This document shows positions 54,034 to 64,000 of a stretch of DNA of 64,000 nucleotides, piece after piece; positions within the stretch are counted from its first letter, which is position 1, and every line of letters begins with the position of its first letter. The stretch is from Octopus bimaculoides. Lineage: Eukaryota. The notes under the pieces were generated by a model. That model was not told the DNA's origin, did no database searches, and was given only the letters and a program-made list of their open reading frames with translations. The stretch is taken from NCBI RefSeq assembly GCF_001194135.2, contig NC_068997.1, forward strand, positions 10,703,195-10,767,194, given 5' to 3'. Position numbers and translations under genes: made by a program.

Positions 54034-54190
54034 GCGTATGTGTGTATGTATATACCGTAACATATATTTCCCAACTAAGTGTGGCGTCCTATACAGGACA
54101 GTGCTACTGATATTTTTAGCCCCAGGATGACATCTCCTCCAGCTGGCTAACCGCACACATTCTTTGTCCGGTTAGTATTTGCGAGGGGCG
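53550..54190. mobile_element. Two convergent partial copies of the MITE-like family flanking (TA)n and a gap
   Basis: CCTGGGGCTAAA...GGACTGCCAC...GTTGGCAA on plus (53550-53644), its reverse complement at 54055-54190. Both match 24080-24210. Confidence 0.65.
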
Positions 54191-54793
54191 GTCACTATGA
54201 GTGTCTAAGCTACTGAAGGATTTACTCCTCCCTAAATTCCTTAAACACGACTGTTACTTTTATAAGATTAGAATATCTTTTAAATTTTATATAAATTGAC
54301 AGAGATTTTCATAGTGCGAAATATGTGAATAATGATAGAAATTTAAACATATAAATAAGCATGAATCAATGAGAGAAGAATGTGTTATTCTGTTGTCTAC
54401 GGTGTCCAACACCAGATACAAGCTGCAATTTGAGGTGGGGTAGGGGGAGCTTGTCAAGGATATGTAATCTCTAGACGAAATTTGTTGCCTCATATATATA
54501 GAGAACACTGAATAATACATTCACTGATATGGCTAATAGCCGCCGGGTTGTATAAATACACAACATGGCCAGTTTTTTGTCTCACTCTCATATGCATTGT
54601 GCTTTTAACAGAGCACATATATAAGAGTCTTATCTCGGATGAAAGCCGTAGTATCTTGCTTGTCAGAATACTGGTGTATACAAGAGCCATATGTAAATAG
54701 ATATGCGTCTCTGTGCATGCCTTTCTATTATCGAAAATAAATGCGAAACAGTAGCTCTGAAATGAATACATACATACATACATACATACATAC

Positions 54794-54851
<58 letters not shown>

Positions 54852-56519
54852 CAGAACTGATGGGAAACAAACCAACGTCTTCCTGGGTATGTAAACAAAA
54901 AGAGAGTGAGAATGATTGAGAAAGTTGGATGCAGAGAGAGAGAGAGAGAGGTACTGAGAGGGAAATGGAGAGGAAGAGGAGACAAACAGAGATAGAGAAA
55001 CGCAAAGAAAGATGGAGAGGGAGAAAGAGATTCCAGTATATGAGTTAGTATTTATACATCCATTATCCTGGATACATATTTTATGTCAATATGAATTTAT
55101 AAGGCTTCATTATATACCTCATACATATTTATATACAGAAATCTCGTATTTATATGAAATATATACAATTTATATGCTATATTCACTATAAAAATGCAAG
55201 CAGGGAAACTTAGGAGAGATAAAGATGTATTTATCAGACACTTATTTCAGCACCGAACATAGTTAACTTCAATCGCAATAGAAGCAAAAAAAAAAAAAAA
55301 AAAGANNNNNNNNNNAAAAAAAAGAAAAAAAAGAAACCCAGCAGAGACATTGACGGCGTCACAATTCAATTTAAGAACGTTTTTACAAAGTATAGGGTTA
55401 AAGTTGTGTGAATAAAGTAATTCCAGAACGATAGAGAAAACTTATATGCTTATAATGTTGGTCTTTGCTTGTGTTTGTCGTTTGGAAGGAGACACTAATT
55501 ACAAAAATAGCCAACTAAAATAAAGAAAAGGAAAACTGTTTTTGTTTATGGTAAGTAGGCAGCTAGAATCCAATTAATATAATTATTACTTGGCTACGTC
55601 AAAATGTAACTTCTCTATTGAGCCAAATATCCACCAGCCTTCAATATGCAGAAAGTAAATGATATACCAATGGTTGTTAGGAAAAACCAATATGTAATGA
55701 TGATGATAATTTTGATATCATCGTCGTCATAGTCTTCATCCTCATCATCATCCTCATCATCATCCTCATCATCATCATCATCACCATGATGGGAGTTGTA
55801 GTTATTGCCATTGACGTCAACGTCCTCATTGTTGTCATCGTCATCACCATCCTAATTTTCATAATTGTCAATCCGAACTGTCTCTTATGTAGACTACTGC
55901 TTATTTAATATCGGATACTACGGAGGAATTTGGCGTGCAAAGCTGTTTGTTCACATACTTAAGATGAAGCGAGAGTGTTAAAATGAATGGATTCGAAAAG
56001 CCACTATAACATCATAACTACAATGTTAGGGAACTTGATAAAAAATACACAAATTCCAAGCAATTGTTTACATTCATGAGTTGCCAAATTCACGTCTGCC
56101 GGAGAAAATATCTATTAATGATAGTAACAAGTAGAATGTTCGGATGTAACCAGTAAACCACCTTGCATCCGTATGGTGACGTAATGTCGTACTTCAGTCT
56201 TATTTATGACCACGCCGAACAGTGATACAAGGTGTGAAAGTCAGGGAATATCATATCTGTCATTTATAAAGTTCTTGCATAAATGAAGTCATTAATGATA
56301 GTTGGAGAAGAAAGAAGCACATTTTGTCACATTCCTAATATCATCTCAATTTCTTGAATTTTGTTGTTATTTAGCCCTAGGCTTGCCTTAATCGTGCTGA
56401 TTAGTAAGGATAGACGTTCCAGCAGTGGTAATTCGGTTTTGGGTGTTTCTACAGTTACAGCGTAGACAGTTTTCTTACGCACAATTTGCTAGTAAGTCGT
56501 AAACGTCGTAGAGGATCTC

Positions 56520-56654
56520 TTGCTCTCTCTCTCTCCTTGTCTCTCTCTCTCTCCTTGTCTCTCTCTCTCCTTGTCTCTCTCTCTCTCCTTGTCTCTCTCT
56601 CTCTCCTTGTCTCTCTCTCTCTCCTTGTCTCTCTCTCTCCTTGTCTCTCTCTCT
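56520..56654 (+). repeat. Minisatellite, unit CCTTGT(CT)n, 16-18 bp
   Basis: Directly visible; runs into an N gap. Confidence 0.9.
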
Positions 56655-57310
56655 NNNNNNNNNNNNNNNNNNNNNNNNNNNNNNNNNNNNNNNNNNNNNN
56701 NNNNNNNNNNNNNNNNNNNNNNNNNNNNNNNNNNNNNNNNNNNNNNNNNNNNNNNNNNNNNNNNNNNNNNNNNNNNNNNNNNNNNNNNNNNNNNNNNNNN
56801 NNNNNNNNNNNNNNNNNNNNNNNNNNNNNNNNNNNNNNNNNNNNNNNNNNNNNNNNNNNNNNNNNNNNNNNNNNNNNNNNNNNNNNNNNNNNNNNNNNNN
56901 NNNNNNNNNNNNNNNNNNNNNNNNNNNNNNNNNNNNNNNNNNNNNNNNNNNNNNNNNNNNNNNNNNNNNNNNNNNNNNNNNNNNNNNNNNNNNNNNNNNN
57001 NNNNNNNNNNNNNNNNNNNNNNNNNNNNNNNNNNNNNNNNNNNNNNNNNNNNNNNNNNNNNNNNNNNNNNNNNNNNNNNNNNNNNNNNNNNNNNNNNNNN
57101 NNNNNNNNNNNNNNNNNNNNNNNNNNNNNNNNNNNNNNNNNNNNNNNNNNNNNNNNNNNNNNNNNNNNNNNNNNNNNNNNNNNNNNNNNNNNNNNNNNNN
57201 NNNNNNNNNNNNNNNNNNNNNNNNNNNNNNNNNNNNNNNNNNNNNNNNNNNNNNNNNNNNNNNNNNNNNNNNNNNNNNNNNNNNNNNNNNNNNNNNNNNN
57301 NNNNNNNNNN

Positions 57311-57401
<91 letters not shown>

Positions 57402-57468
57402 TGTGTTTATATTAACACACATATGCACATTATCTATCTAGCTATCTATCTATTTCTATATAGCACAT

Positions 57469-57735
57469 TATCACCTGACCAACCAGGTTATCGGATGCTA
57501 TTACACATCGCTGGTCACAATGCATTTCTTGCATTGTTTTAGCCTGAAAATGACACTAACCCGCTGGCTAGGAGAGCAGGCCAACATTCCCCCACTCTGA
57601 TCGAAAGGGAAACTACAGCAAGGGGAAATGAAGTGCTTTGCTCTAGAACAACACGTATCCCCCAGTCAGGGAATCGAACCCACGACGTAGCGATCGTGAG
57701 TGCAACAGCCTCAACATTAGGCCATAGCGTCTTCT
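57469..57735 (-). mobile_element. tRNA-derived SINE
   Basis: Perfect B box GGTTCGATTCC on the minus strand (57670-57680), A-box-like TGGCCTAATG, core TCTAGAGCAAAGCACTT. Confidence 0.75.
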
Positions 57736-58816
57736 CTCTATCTTAACATAAATAAGTATGTATAGATATACGCACACGGTATGCGTTATGGATGCTTCAA
57801 CAACTGTACACTAAATTCCTTACAATTCATTGGTCAATCTATGTTTGCCCATGTCTGCAGTACAAGGTACTGGTTCAAATTGATGCGTAATGGGGTTGAA
57901 AATGGAACCAGTCTCATCTCTCTGGATTTGATAAACTATGCTATCTAAAGTTTCCATAACAACAGAAAAGAATATTATCAATGCAAGAATCTTAAGTGGA
58001 TACCTAGGCTTAAAATTCTTTCGGAAGTGTATATTCAACTTCAAAGTACTAGATATTTCATTTAGTGAATCATGCTTTGGGGAATTATAGCATTCTACTC
58101 GCATTCCATTCTGATAACTGAGCAACGTCTAATTGAATGTAGAAAGCATGGAATCTGGAATTTATTTCTGAACTTCAGTTTGATAGTTAATGTTACAACA
58201 GTTATGATCAAAGTCGATATCATGACATACTTAACCAAACAAGACCTGACACGATAATGTATCCCGATACAGGAATGGAAGATGGCAGTGATATAAGAGA
58301 ATGATAGAAAATGGTTTCTATGGTAATATAATATCAATTGTTTGATATCAAAGATTACATTTTTACAGAAACTATTCCATGTAACTATTACTCTTCTGGG
58401 GATATTTATGTTGCTATCCTACATAATAAGATCGATTGTATTAATGTTTTGATATGAATCTTTAGACAATATTCAATAATCCTAAAATGGCGGTTTTATT
58501 CTGTTGCTTCCTCATCAATTGAGACGGCCAAGTAAATACGATAACAGGCGATTGACTTACAAGTTACATCTATGCTATTGCAGGCATAGCGTTGAAACTC
58601 CGTTTAAGATAAATACGGCATCATATCACATGTTCAATATGGTGAATTCAATGCTTCAATCAATTGATATTATGCATTCAATTAATTGACGAAAATTACG
58701 AGAGCTGTTTAAAATCGAAATATAACTGGCATGGTTGATATTTCACATTAGCTGTAGTGGTCGAAATATACTGCACCCATTTACCAAGAATACTTATAAT
58801 AGGCATATATGTATAT

Positions 58817-58851
<35 letters not shown>

Positions 58852-58873
58852 CATACATGCTTACGCACACAAA

Positions 58874-58916
<43 letters not shown>

Positions 58917-59306
58917 GCACACATACGCACATATATATAATTTGTAGAAATAAAAGAGGATCAAAAACTGGCAGAAGTCAATAAAGCACTCAGTATTAAA
59001 TGAATTTGGTTAACAATATTCAACAATCAGACACCAGTAGATATAAATAGAATACATATCTCAGGTATAGCCATATGCATGACAGGTAAAATTTCTTGTT
59101 GCCAAATTCAGAGTATTTGGCAACAAGAGAAATATGCATATAGACAAAATTACATCTTTATTACAGACCTCACATAATACAGCTGGCACATCACTACGGT
59201 ATCAAAGTAATTCATAGTCAAATTCGAATTGAAAATCTGAAATATTACCAGTACAAATACGTCTACAAAAAGAACGCTTGAATGTAATTCAATCTAAAAC
59301 ATTGGT

Positions 59307-59598
59307 GTATTCAAGTGATGGTGACGTCGGTGGATAACGAAAACTTATAAAAATAAAAAGAAAGTACACATATTTAAGAAATGTCATATTTGCATTCAAC
59401 TGTTGGTAACGTCAGTGGATAACGAAATAATAAAAAAAAAACAAACATAAAATGGTCTACATTACGACAATTAGAAACATAGAGAAATATAATCTAAAAA
59501 AAAGCTATTTTTGCATTCAGCCATTGGTGATATCATTGGATAACTAAAGAATTATCACAAAGAACTCTGCATTATGATTACTAGAACCATAGAGATTT
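59307..59598 (+). repeat. Degenerate tandem repeat: three 36-bp motifs with A-rich spacers
   Basis: Copies at 59307-59343, 59392-59427 and 59513-59548 (approximate consensus GCATTCA..TTGGTGACGTCAGTGGATAACGAAA). Confidence 0.75.
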
Positions 59599-59797
59599 CA
59601 TCTCACAACAATTAGTTATCTTTTATTTATAAAAAATATGGAAACTTTTCAAGAAATGATCTTATTTTATAGTGTATGAAGGGCTATTATATATATATAT
59701 ATGTATATATATATATTAGAAAAAATAATAATCAGGTACTCAGATGTCTGAATGGTTGTATATTTACAGACTTTTACTCATATGTCACATGTTTTAT

Positions 59798-59838
59798 AAA
59801 TTAGCGCTTTCACCTAGTCTTGTAGGTTTATCAAATTT
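59798..59838 (-). ncRNA. Minimal hammerhead-like motif with U3-A8 covariant core (minus copy)
   Basis: AAAU-UUGAUAA-ACCUA(CAAGAC)UAGGU-GAAA-GCGC-UA-AUUU. Helix II is a perfect 5 bp, helix III is the palindrome AGCGCU, helix I is AAAU/AUUU. The core differs from CUGAUGA only at the paired positions 3 and 8. Confidence 0.65.
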
Positions 59839-59856
59839 TTATCAATTTTTTATCAA

Positions 59857-59897
59857 AAATTTGATAAACCTACAAGACTAGGTGAAAGCGCTAATTT
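59857..59897 (+). ncRNA. Minimal hammerhead-like motif with U3-A8 covariant core (plus copy, inverted duplicate)
   Basis: Identical 41-nt motif on the plus strand, within the right arm of the 61-bp inverted repeat. Confidence 0.6.
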
Positions 59898-60846
59898 ATA
59901 AAACAAGTGACATATCACGAAAGGCCTGGCTGGAGGCTCAAACTTGTGAGTTCTTTTACAGGACTAAGAAACACCGAAGGACTGCTAAAATAACTATGTG
60001 AATCTGAGAGGGAAATATCTTGAATAAAATCATAATTAACTGATCCTCCTGTATATTCTTTTAACCAAAGATGGGAACTTTTCAGCATCCCCACGTAGGG
60101 ATCTTATTGTTTAGCATGTATCATCCAGGCTGCTAGTTTTAATTATTGAGAATATTGTTTGCAACTGGTGTTCCCAATAGTTTTAAAGTTAGTGGTCATA
60201 TGCAACATCCACTTAAAACATTCGAACAAGCGATTCAAAGACAGACTGGCGTACACACACTACTAACTCGTATAGTTTTGATTTATATTTTAGTGCAGTA
60301 AATAAGTATAGATTTCATAGACCATCCTGTAAATTATATTAATATTTTTCTGATAAATTCCATCAAAGTTTTCCTGCATTTTTCTTAAATTTATACACTT
60401 TTCAACGTGAACTTTCAAGTAATAAACATTTCAAAATAGATATTTCTCAGAAAGAAAAAAGCAAACTAAAAACACCTCCAGCTGGGGAATTTTCATATTT
60501 AAGTAATATAAGTAATATAAGATCCATTAGGTATAACTATAATAAACATTGATGGAGTATACTAGAGTTAGAAAACTTCAGTCTTTGATGGTTTTGTTTT
60601 TCGATTCTTGGGGAAATGTCAGGCCAACTAGAAAATAATCTCAAAATGTAAAACAAGAAATAAAATTAACAACAAAAACAAACTAGACAATATCTTATTT
60701 CAAAATTTATATTCTGGATTAATACATGGTGGTGGATTGGGTGAATCAATCGGTGCAGCGAACTAAATGTCATGTTGTGTATAGTTATTCTTTATAACAT
60801 TCTGATTTCGAATACCATCAATGTTAGTTCTTGTAAGTTATTCCAT

Positions 60847-60929
<83 letters not shown>

Positions 60930-61846
60930 CGATACATCTCTACCAACTTTATCACAAGATATAAGTTAACATGAAGTTATAGAGAGGCAATTGCCCGCCC
61001 AAATGTACTGCTTACAGAGACCGAACTACGCAGGCTATAATGAAAAAAACTTGCTTTGACTACAGTTTTATGTGTACTTACTTACATCAAAGGGGTTAGC
61101 CCAAATGTGTTAAGTAACCAACTCACTGTACGAAGCATGGAGTTATGGACTCAATAATTTCTGTGATAACTGTGTAGAGATCACTAAAATAACTGAAAAT
61201 ATGATCATAAATATCAAAGCAGTGGATGCAAGTCAAGATAAGCGCCCTAAACTCCACTTGTCAGGCGACATCTTGTCTGCTCGAAACGGCACAACAGCCT
61301 ACAAAGCTGAATAAACAGTAGCTGAATTTTATAACTTCTACATTATTTTTCTCCAATATGAGTGAAATGCTTACACTGCTAAAGAAAGCGACTCTTTCTT
61401 TCTGTCGGCATTTCAAGAGATTAAAATCGTTGGTGAGCGATGAATATAAAATGGCGGTTGTTGTCTTAGATGGTCATCGAAGATAAACTATCAGAATGTA
61501 TCGATTTGTTGTCATACAATTCCTTCGTGTAAGTTAGAAGCGCTATGCTTTATCGTAAGTAAATATTAATATATTTTTATGTACGCTATTCACGTCATTC
61601 ATTTGGACGGAACTTCACAGAAAATTTGGTGGTAGTAATAACTTTAGTTTGTGTTGTTCGATGCTTTTATTTTTATTTTTATCGAATTCAGACGTCGTCT
61701 TTTTGCATATCCGTATATATAGCACGCCTTTTCATATGGAAAGTAATAAATTTAGTATCGCACACAAAAACACCCACACATGCAGACTTAGTTTATACAT
61801 GGTTTAGAATACACACACTAAAATAGTAATAAAATATTAGAATGAA

Positions 61847-61882
<36 letters not shown>

Positions 61883-62080
61883 CAATATGTAAATACACAG
61901 TTATACACGTATGTATACACAGATGCACCCTCACATATATATAATACATAAAGTATTTTATTAAATATACCATACCTAAAATATTTTATTACACAAACAA
62001 ACAAAGACAGATACACATATCATGTATAAATTGTATATATCATCTAACTGCATATCGCATAAGATACTTAATGTCATATA

Positions 62081-62893
62081 CAGGGTGCGGTGAATAAACT
62101 CGTCTAAATTACGCAAAAATGAAAATAACACAGACATCTCATTTTAATAGATATATTTACCAAAATTACATAAAAATATCTTGAAATGCTAAAGAGTAAA
62201 TTTATTCAATAAAATTAGCATTGGCTTTAACCTCGTCCTCCAAACGACTTTAGAATCTCCTGCAACTCTTCTGGATGGTCTCCTTGTTTAAGTTGGTGAA
62301 TGCTGCAATAATTTTTGCCTTCAGTTCTTCTTTGGTATTACAAGGAGTTTTGTTGGTCTCTCACTCAACTGGGCCCCACACATAATAATGAAAGGAATTG
62401 CAGTCTGGGGAGATAGGTAGCCAGATGTTAGGTGAGATGTGGTCGCAGAAATTGTCTGACAGCCACGACTCGGTTCTCCGGCTAGTGTGGCTTGGTGTAG
62501 AGTTTTATTGCCAGACATAGGGTCTACCAGCAACCAAACTGTGAACCCAGGGCAGCATTAGCTACTCCAAGCAATTGATGTAGGTCTCCGCGTTGAGTCT
62601 GAGGCCGTGTGGGAAATTGAAGGGAGGCATAACGTCACTATCACTCGCGGTAACTCCAAATACCATGAAGTTGACTGGATGTTTGATTTTTATGACTCTC
62701 AGTACATGTCTTCAGTTTGCACTGTCCACAGATTGACACCCAAACACACACTCTGAAATATTCGTATTGGAGGTTCCAGCGCGAATATCAAGCAGTGCAG
62801 TATGTCGTTACCAAATTTCTGGCAGAGTTAATTGCGTCATGGTGCTGTGTTTCTCACAGACGGTGCCCAACTAACCCTAGTGCACTGTGTAGT
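62081..62893 (-). mobile_element. Internally deleted maT/DD37D-type (IS630-Tc1-mariner) transposon relic
   Basis: TA at 62079-62080 is followed by the terminal CAGGGTG at 62081. The other end is lost at the (CA)n tract at about 62895. Confidence 0.75.
62202..62840 (-). pseudogene. maT/DD37D-like transposase pseudogene
   Basis: Minus frames give MTQLTLPEIW*RHTALLDIRAG, then KIKHPVNFMVFGVTASDSDVMPPFNFPHGLRLNAETY, RPYVWQ*NSTPSHTSRRTESWLSDNFCDHISPNIW, and RLEDEVKANANFIE* (stop at 62202). The DD-to-D spacing was not countable because of frameshifts, so the family call rests on motif resemblance. Confidence 0.75.
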
Positions 62894-62932
62894 TGACAAA
62901 ATCACACACACACACGCGCGCACACACACACG

Positions 62933-62972
<40 letters not shown>

Positions 62973-63007
62973 CACACACACAGAGAAACAAACACACATA
63001 TATGTAC

Positions 63008-63169
63008 ACGACATGCGTTTTTCAGTTTCCTTCTACTAAATCCACTCAATGCTTTGGTCTGCCCGAGGTTATAGCAGAAGACACTCACTAAAGGTGCTAT
63101 GCAGTAAGACTGAACCCGGAACCACGTGGTTGGGAAGCTAGATTCTCACCACACATCCACTCATGCGCC
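63008..63169 (-). mobile_element. SINE family A 5' half
   Basis: Reverse complement of the head (CTGAACCCGGAACCACGTGGTTGGGAAGC); adjoins (CA)n. Confidence 0.8.
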
Positions 63170-63429
63170 TATACTGGTGTATAGAGATGAATAGAAGGAG
63201 ATAATTAACAGAAACTAGTTAAATCAGTAAAAATTTGATACTAATAGGTGGTTAATACGACAGTATGAGAAAAGTAGAGTAAATAAATATTTGAAAATTA
63301 GCGTGTATTTTGCTTACAATGTTCAGTACTAAAACTAAAACAACTATGGAATGATATATCGAAAAAAAATATTGAAAAGATTAGAGAATAAATTTAGAGA
63401 AATTAAATATCGAAAGTTGAATAGTGTGT

Positions 63430-63765
63430 GTGGTTTTGAGTACTGGCTCAGTGCTTCGCATTGTGCTCAAGTATCTTCTGCAACAGACTCTAGCCGCACA
63501 GTATCTTGTGAGTGAATTGCTTAGACGGAATCTGTGTGTCGTATATAATTGTAATATATGTGTTTATGAGTGTCTTTGTGTTCCTTCCTACACCGCTTGA
63601 CAACCAATGCTGTTTTGTTTAGGTCTCCGTAAGATAGCTTTTGGGAATGAAAACTGAGCGAAAGAATAGGCAGCTGACTAAAATTAAAACGAAAGTATTG
63701 CGGCAAATTTGTTCAACCAAACTTGTCAAGATGGTTTGCCCAGTTCAACCACTGGAACAAATGAA
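63430..63765 (+). mobile_element. Degenerate SINE family A copy
   Basis: CCGCTTGACAACCAATGCTG and ACTGGAACAAATGAAGAATAAA align with the family A 3' half. Confidence 0.55.
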
Positions 63766-64000
63766 GAATAAATGATACATATATATATATATATATATAA
63801 TCATAAATATATAGGGATTGACAGTAACCTGCTTCTCCAACATACTGAGAATTCAGAAATAGCAGTCAAAGAACTACTGATTTCAAAACTACAAATTATT
63901 ACTCCAGATTGATAGCGATATTTTTGATACACACAGAACAAAAAACAATAGAGAAGAGTAAAAAACACTTGCCTTTTAGTTAATTTAGTACAATTGTTTC

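Larger units (their letters stand above)
59717..59915 (-). mobile_element. Penelope-like 3' relic with an inverted 5' duplication
   Basis: 61-bp arms 59780-59840 and 59855-59915 differ at 1 position. The hammerhead-like motif is followed on the minus strand by about 85 nt and then (TA)n ending at about 59716. Confidence 0.55.

Noticed and set aside
3944-57542. Long ORFs in the track made of X runs and dipeptide repeats (CVCV, YIYI, SLSL, THTH, RERE)
   Set aside because: They are translations of N gaps and microsatellites, not genes.
57820-58125. 101-aa minus-strand ORF with a hydrophobic stretch (KILALIIFFSVV)
   Set aside because: Non-ATG start, no recognisable domain and weak splice signals. 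An ORF of this length is plausible by chance in 64 kb; BLASTP would settle it.
59307-59548. Repeat-spacer layout superficially like a CRISPR array
   Set aside because: Eukaryotic context, only three diverged repeats, unequal low-complexity spacers and no cas genes. Kept only as a tandem motif.

Overview
AT-rich, repeat-dense eukaryotic DNA with 11 N-gaps, nearly all flanked by microsatellites. The SINE families resemble those I recognise from octopus genomes, so this is probably Octopus; that is recognition from memory and needs a BLAST or RepeatMasker check. I find no convincing intact host protein-coding gene. Most supplied ORFs are microsatellite or N-gap artefacts, or decayed transposon frames. 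Supported content: many tRNA-derived SINE copies, a mariner relic with both TIRs (14.0-15.3 kb), an internally deleted maT/DD37D-type relic (62.1-62.9 kb), a Helitron helicase relic (6.1-6.9 kb), three Tx1/L1 RT relics, an R4/Dong-clade LINE 3' end (41.8-43.1 kb) and a MITE-like family. The most interesting signal is invisible to the ORF track: minimal type I hammerhead ribozyme motifs at three loci. One is canonical (29503-29554, minus), one is degenerate (30604-30652, minus), and one is an inverted pair with a compensatory U3-A8 core (59798-59838 minus, 59857-59897 plus). Each has a different but perfectly palindromic helix III. At each locus the minus-strand motif lies about 85-170 nt upstream of a dinucleotide microsatellite, and two loci carry inverted duplications typical of Penelope-like retroelements. 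The hammerhead-Penelope link is known in other animals. Whether these cephalopod families and the U3-A8 variant are described or active cannot be decided from the sequence alone.
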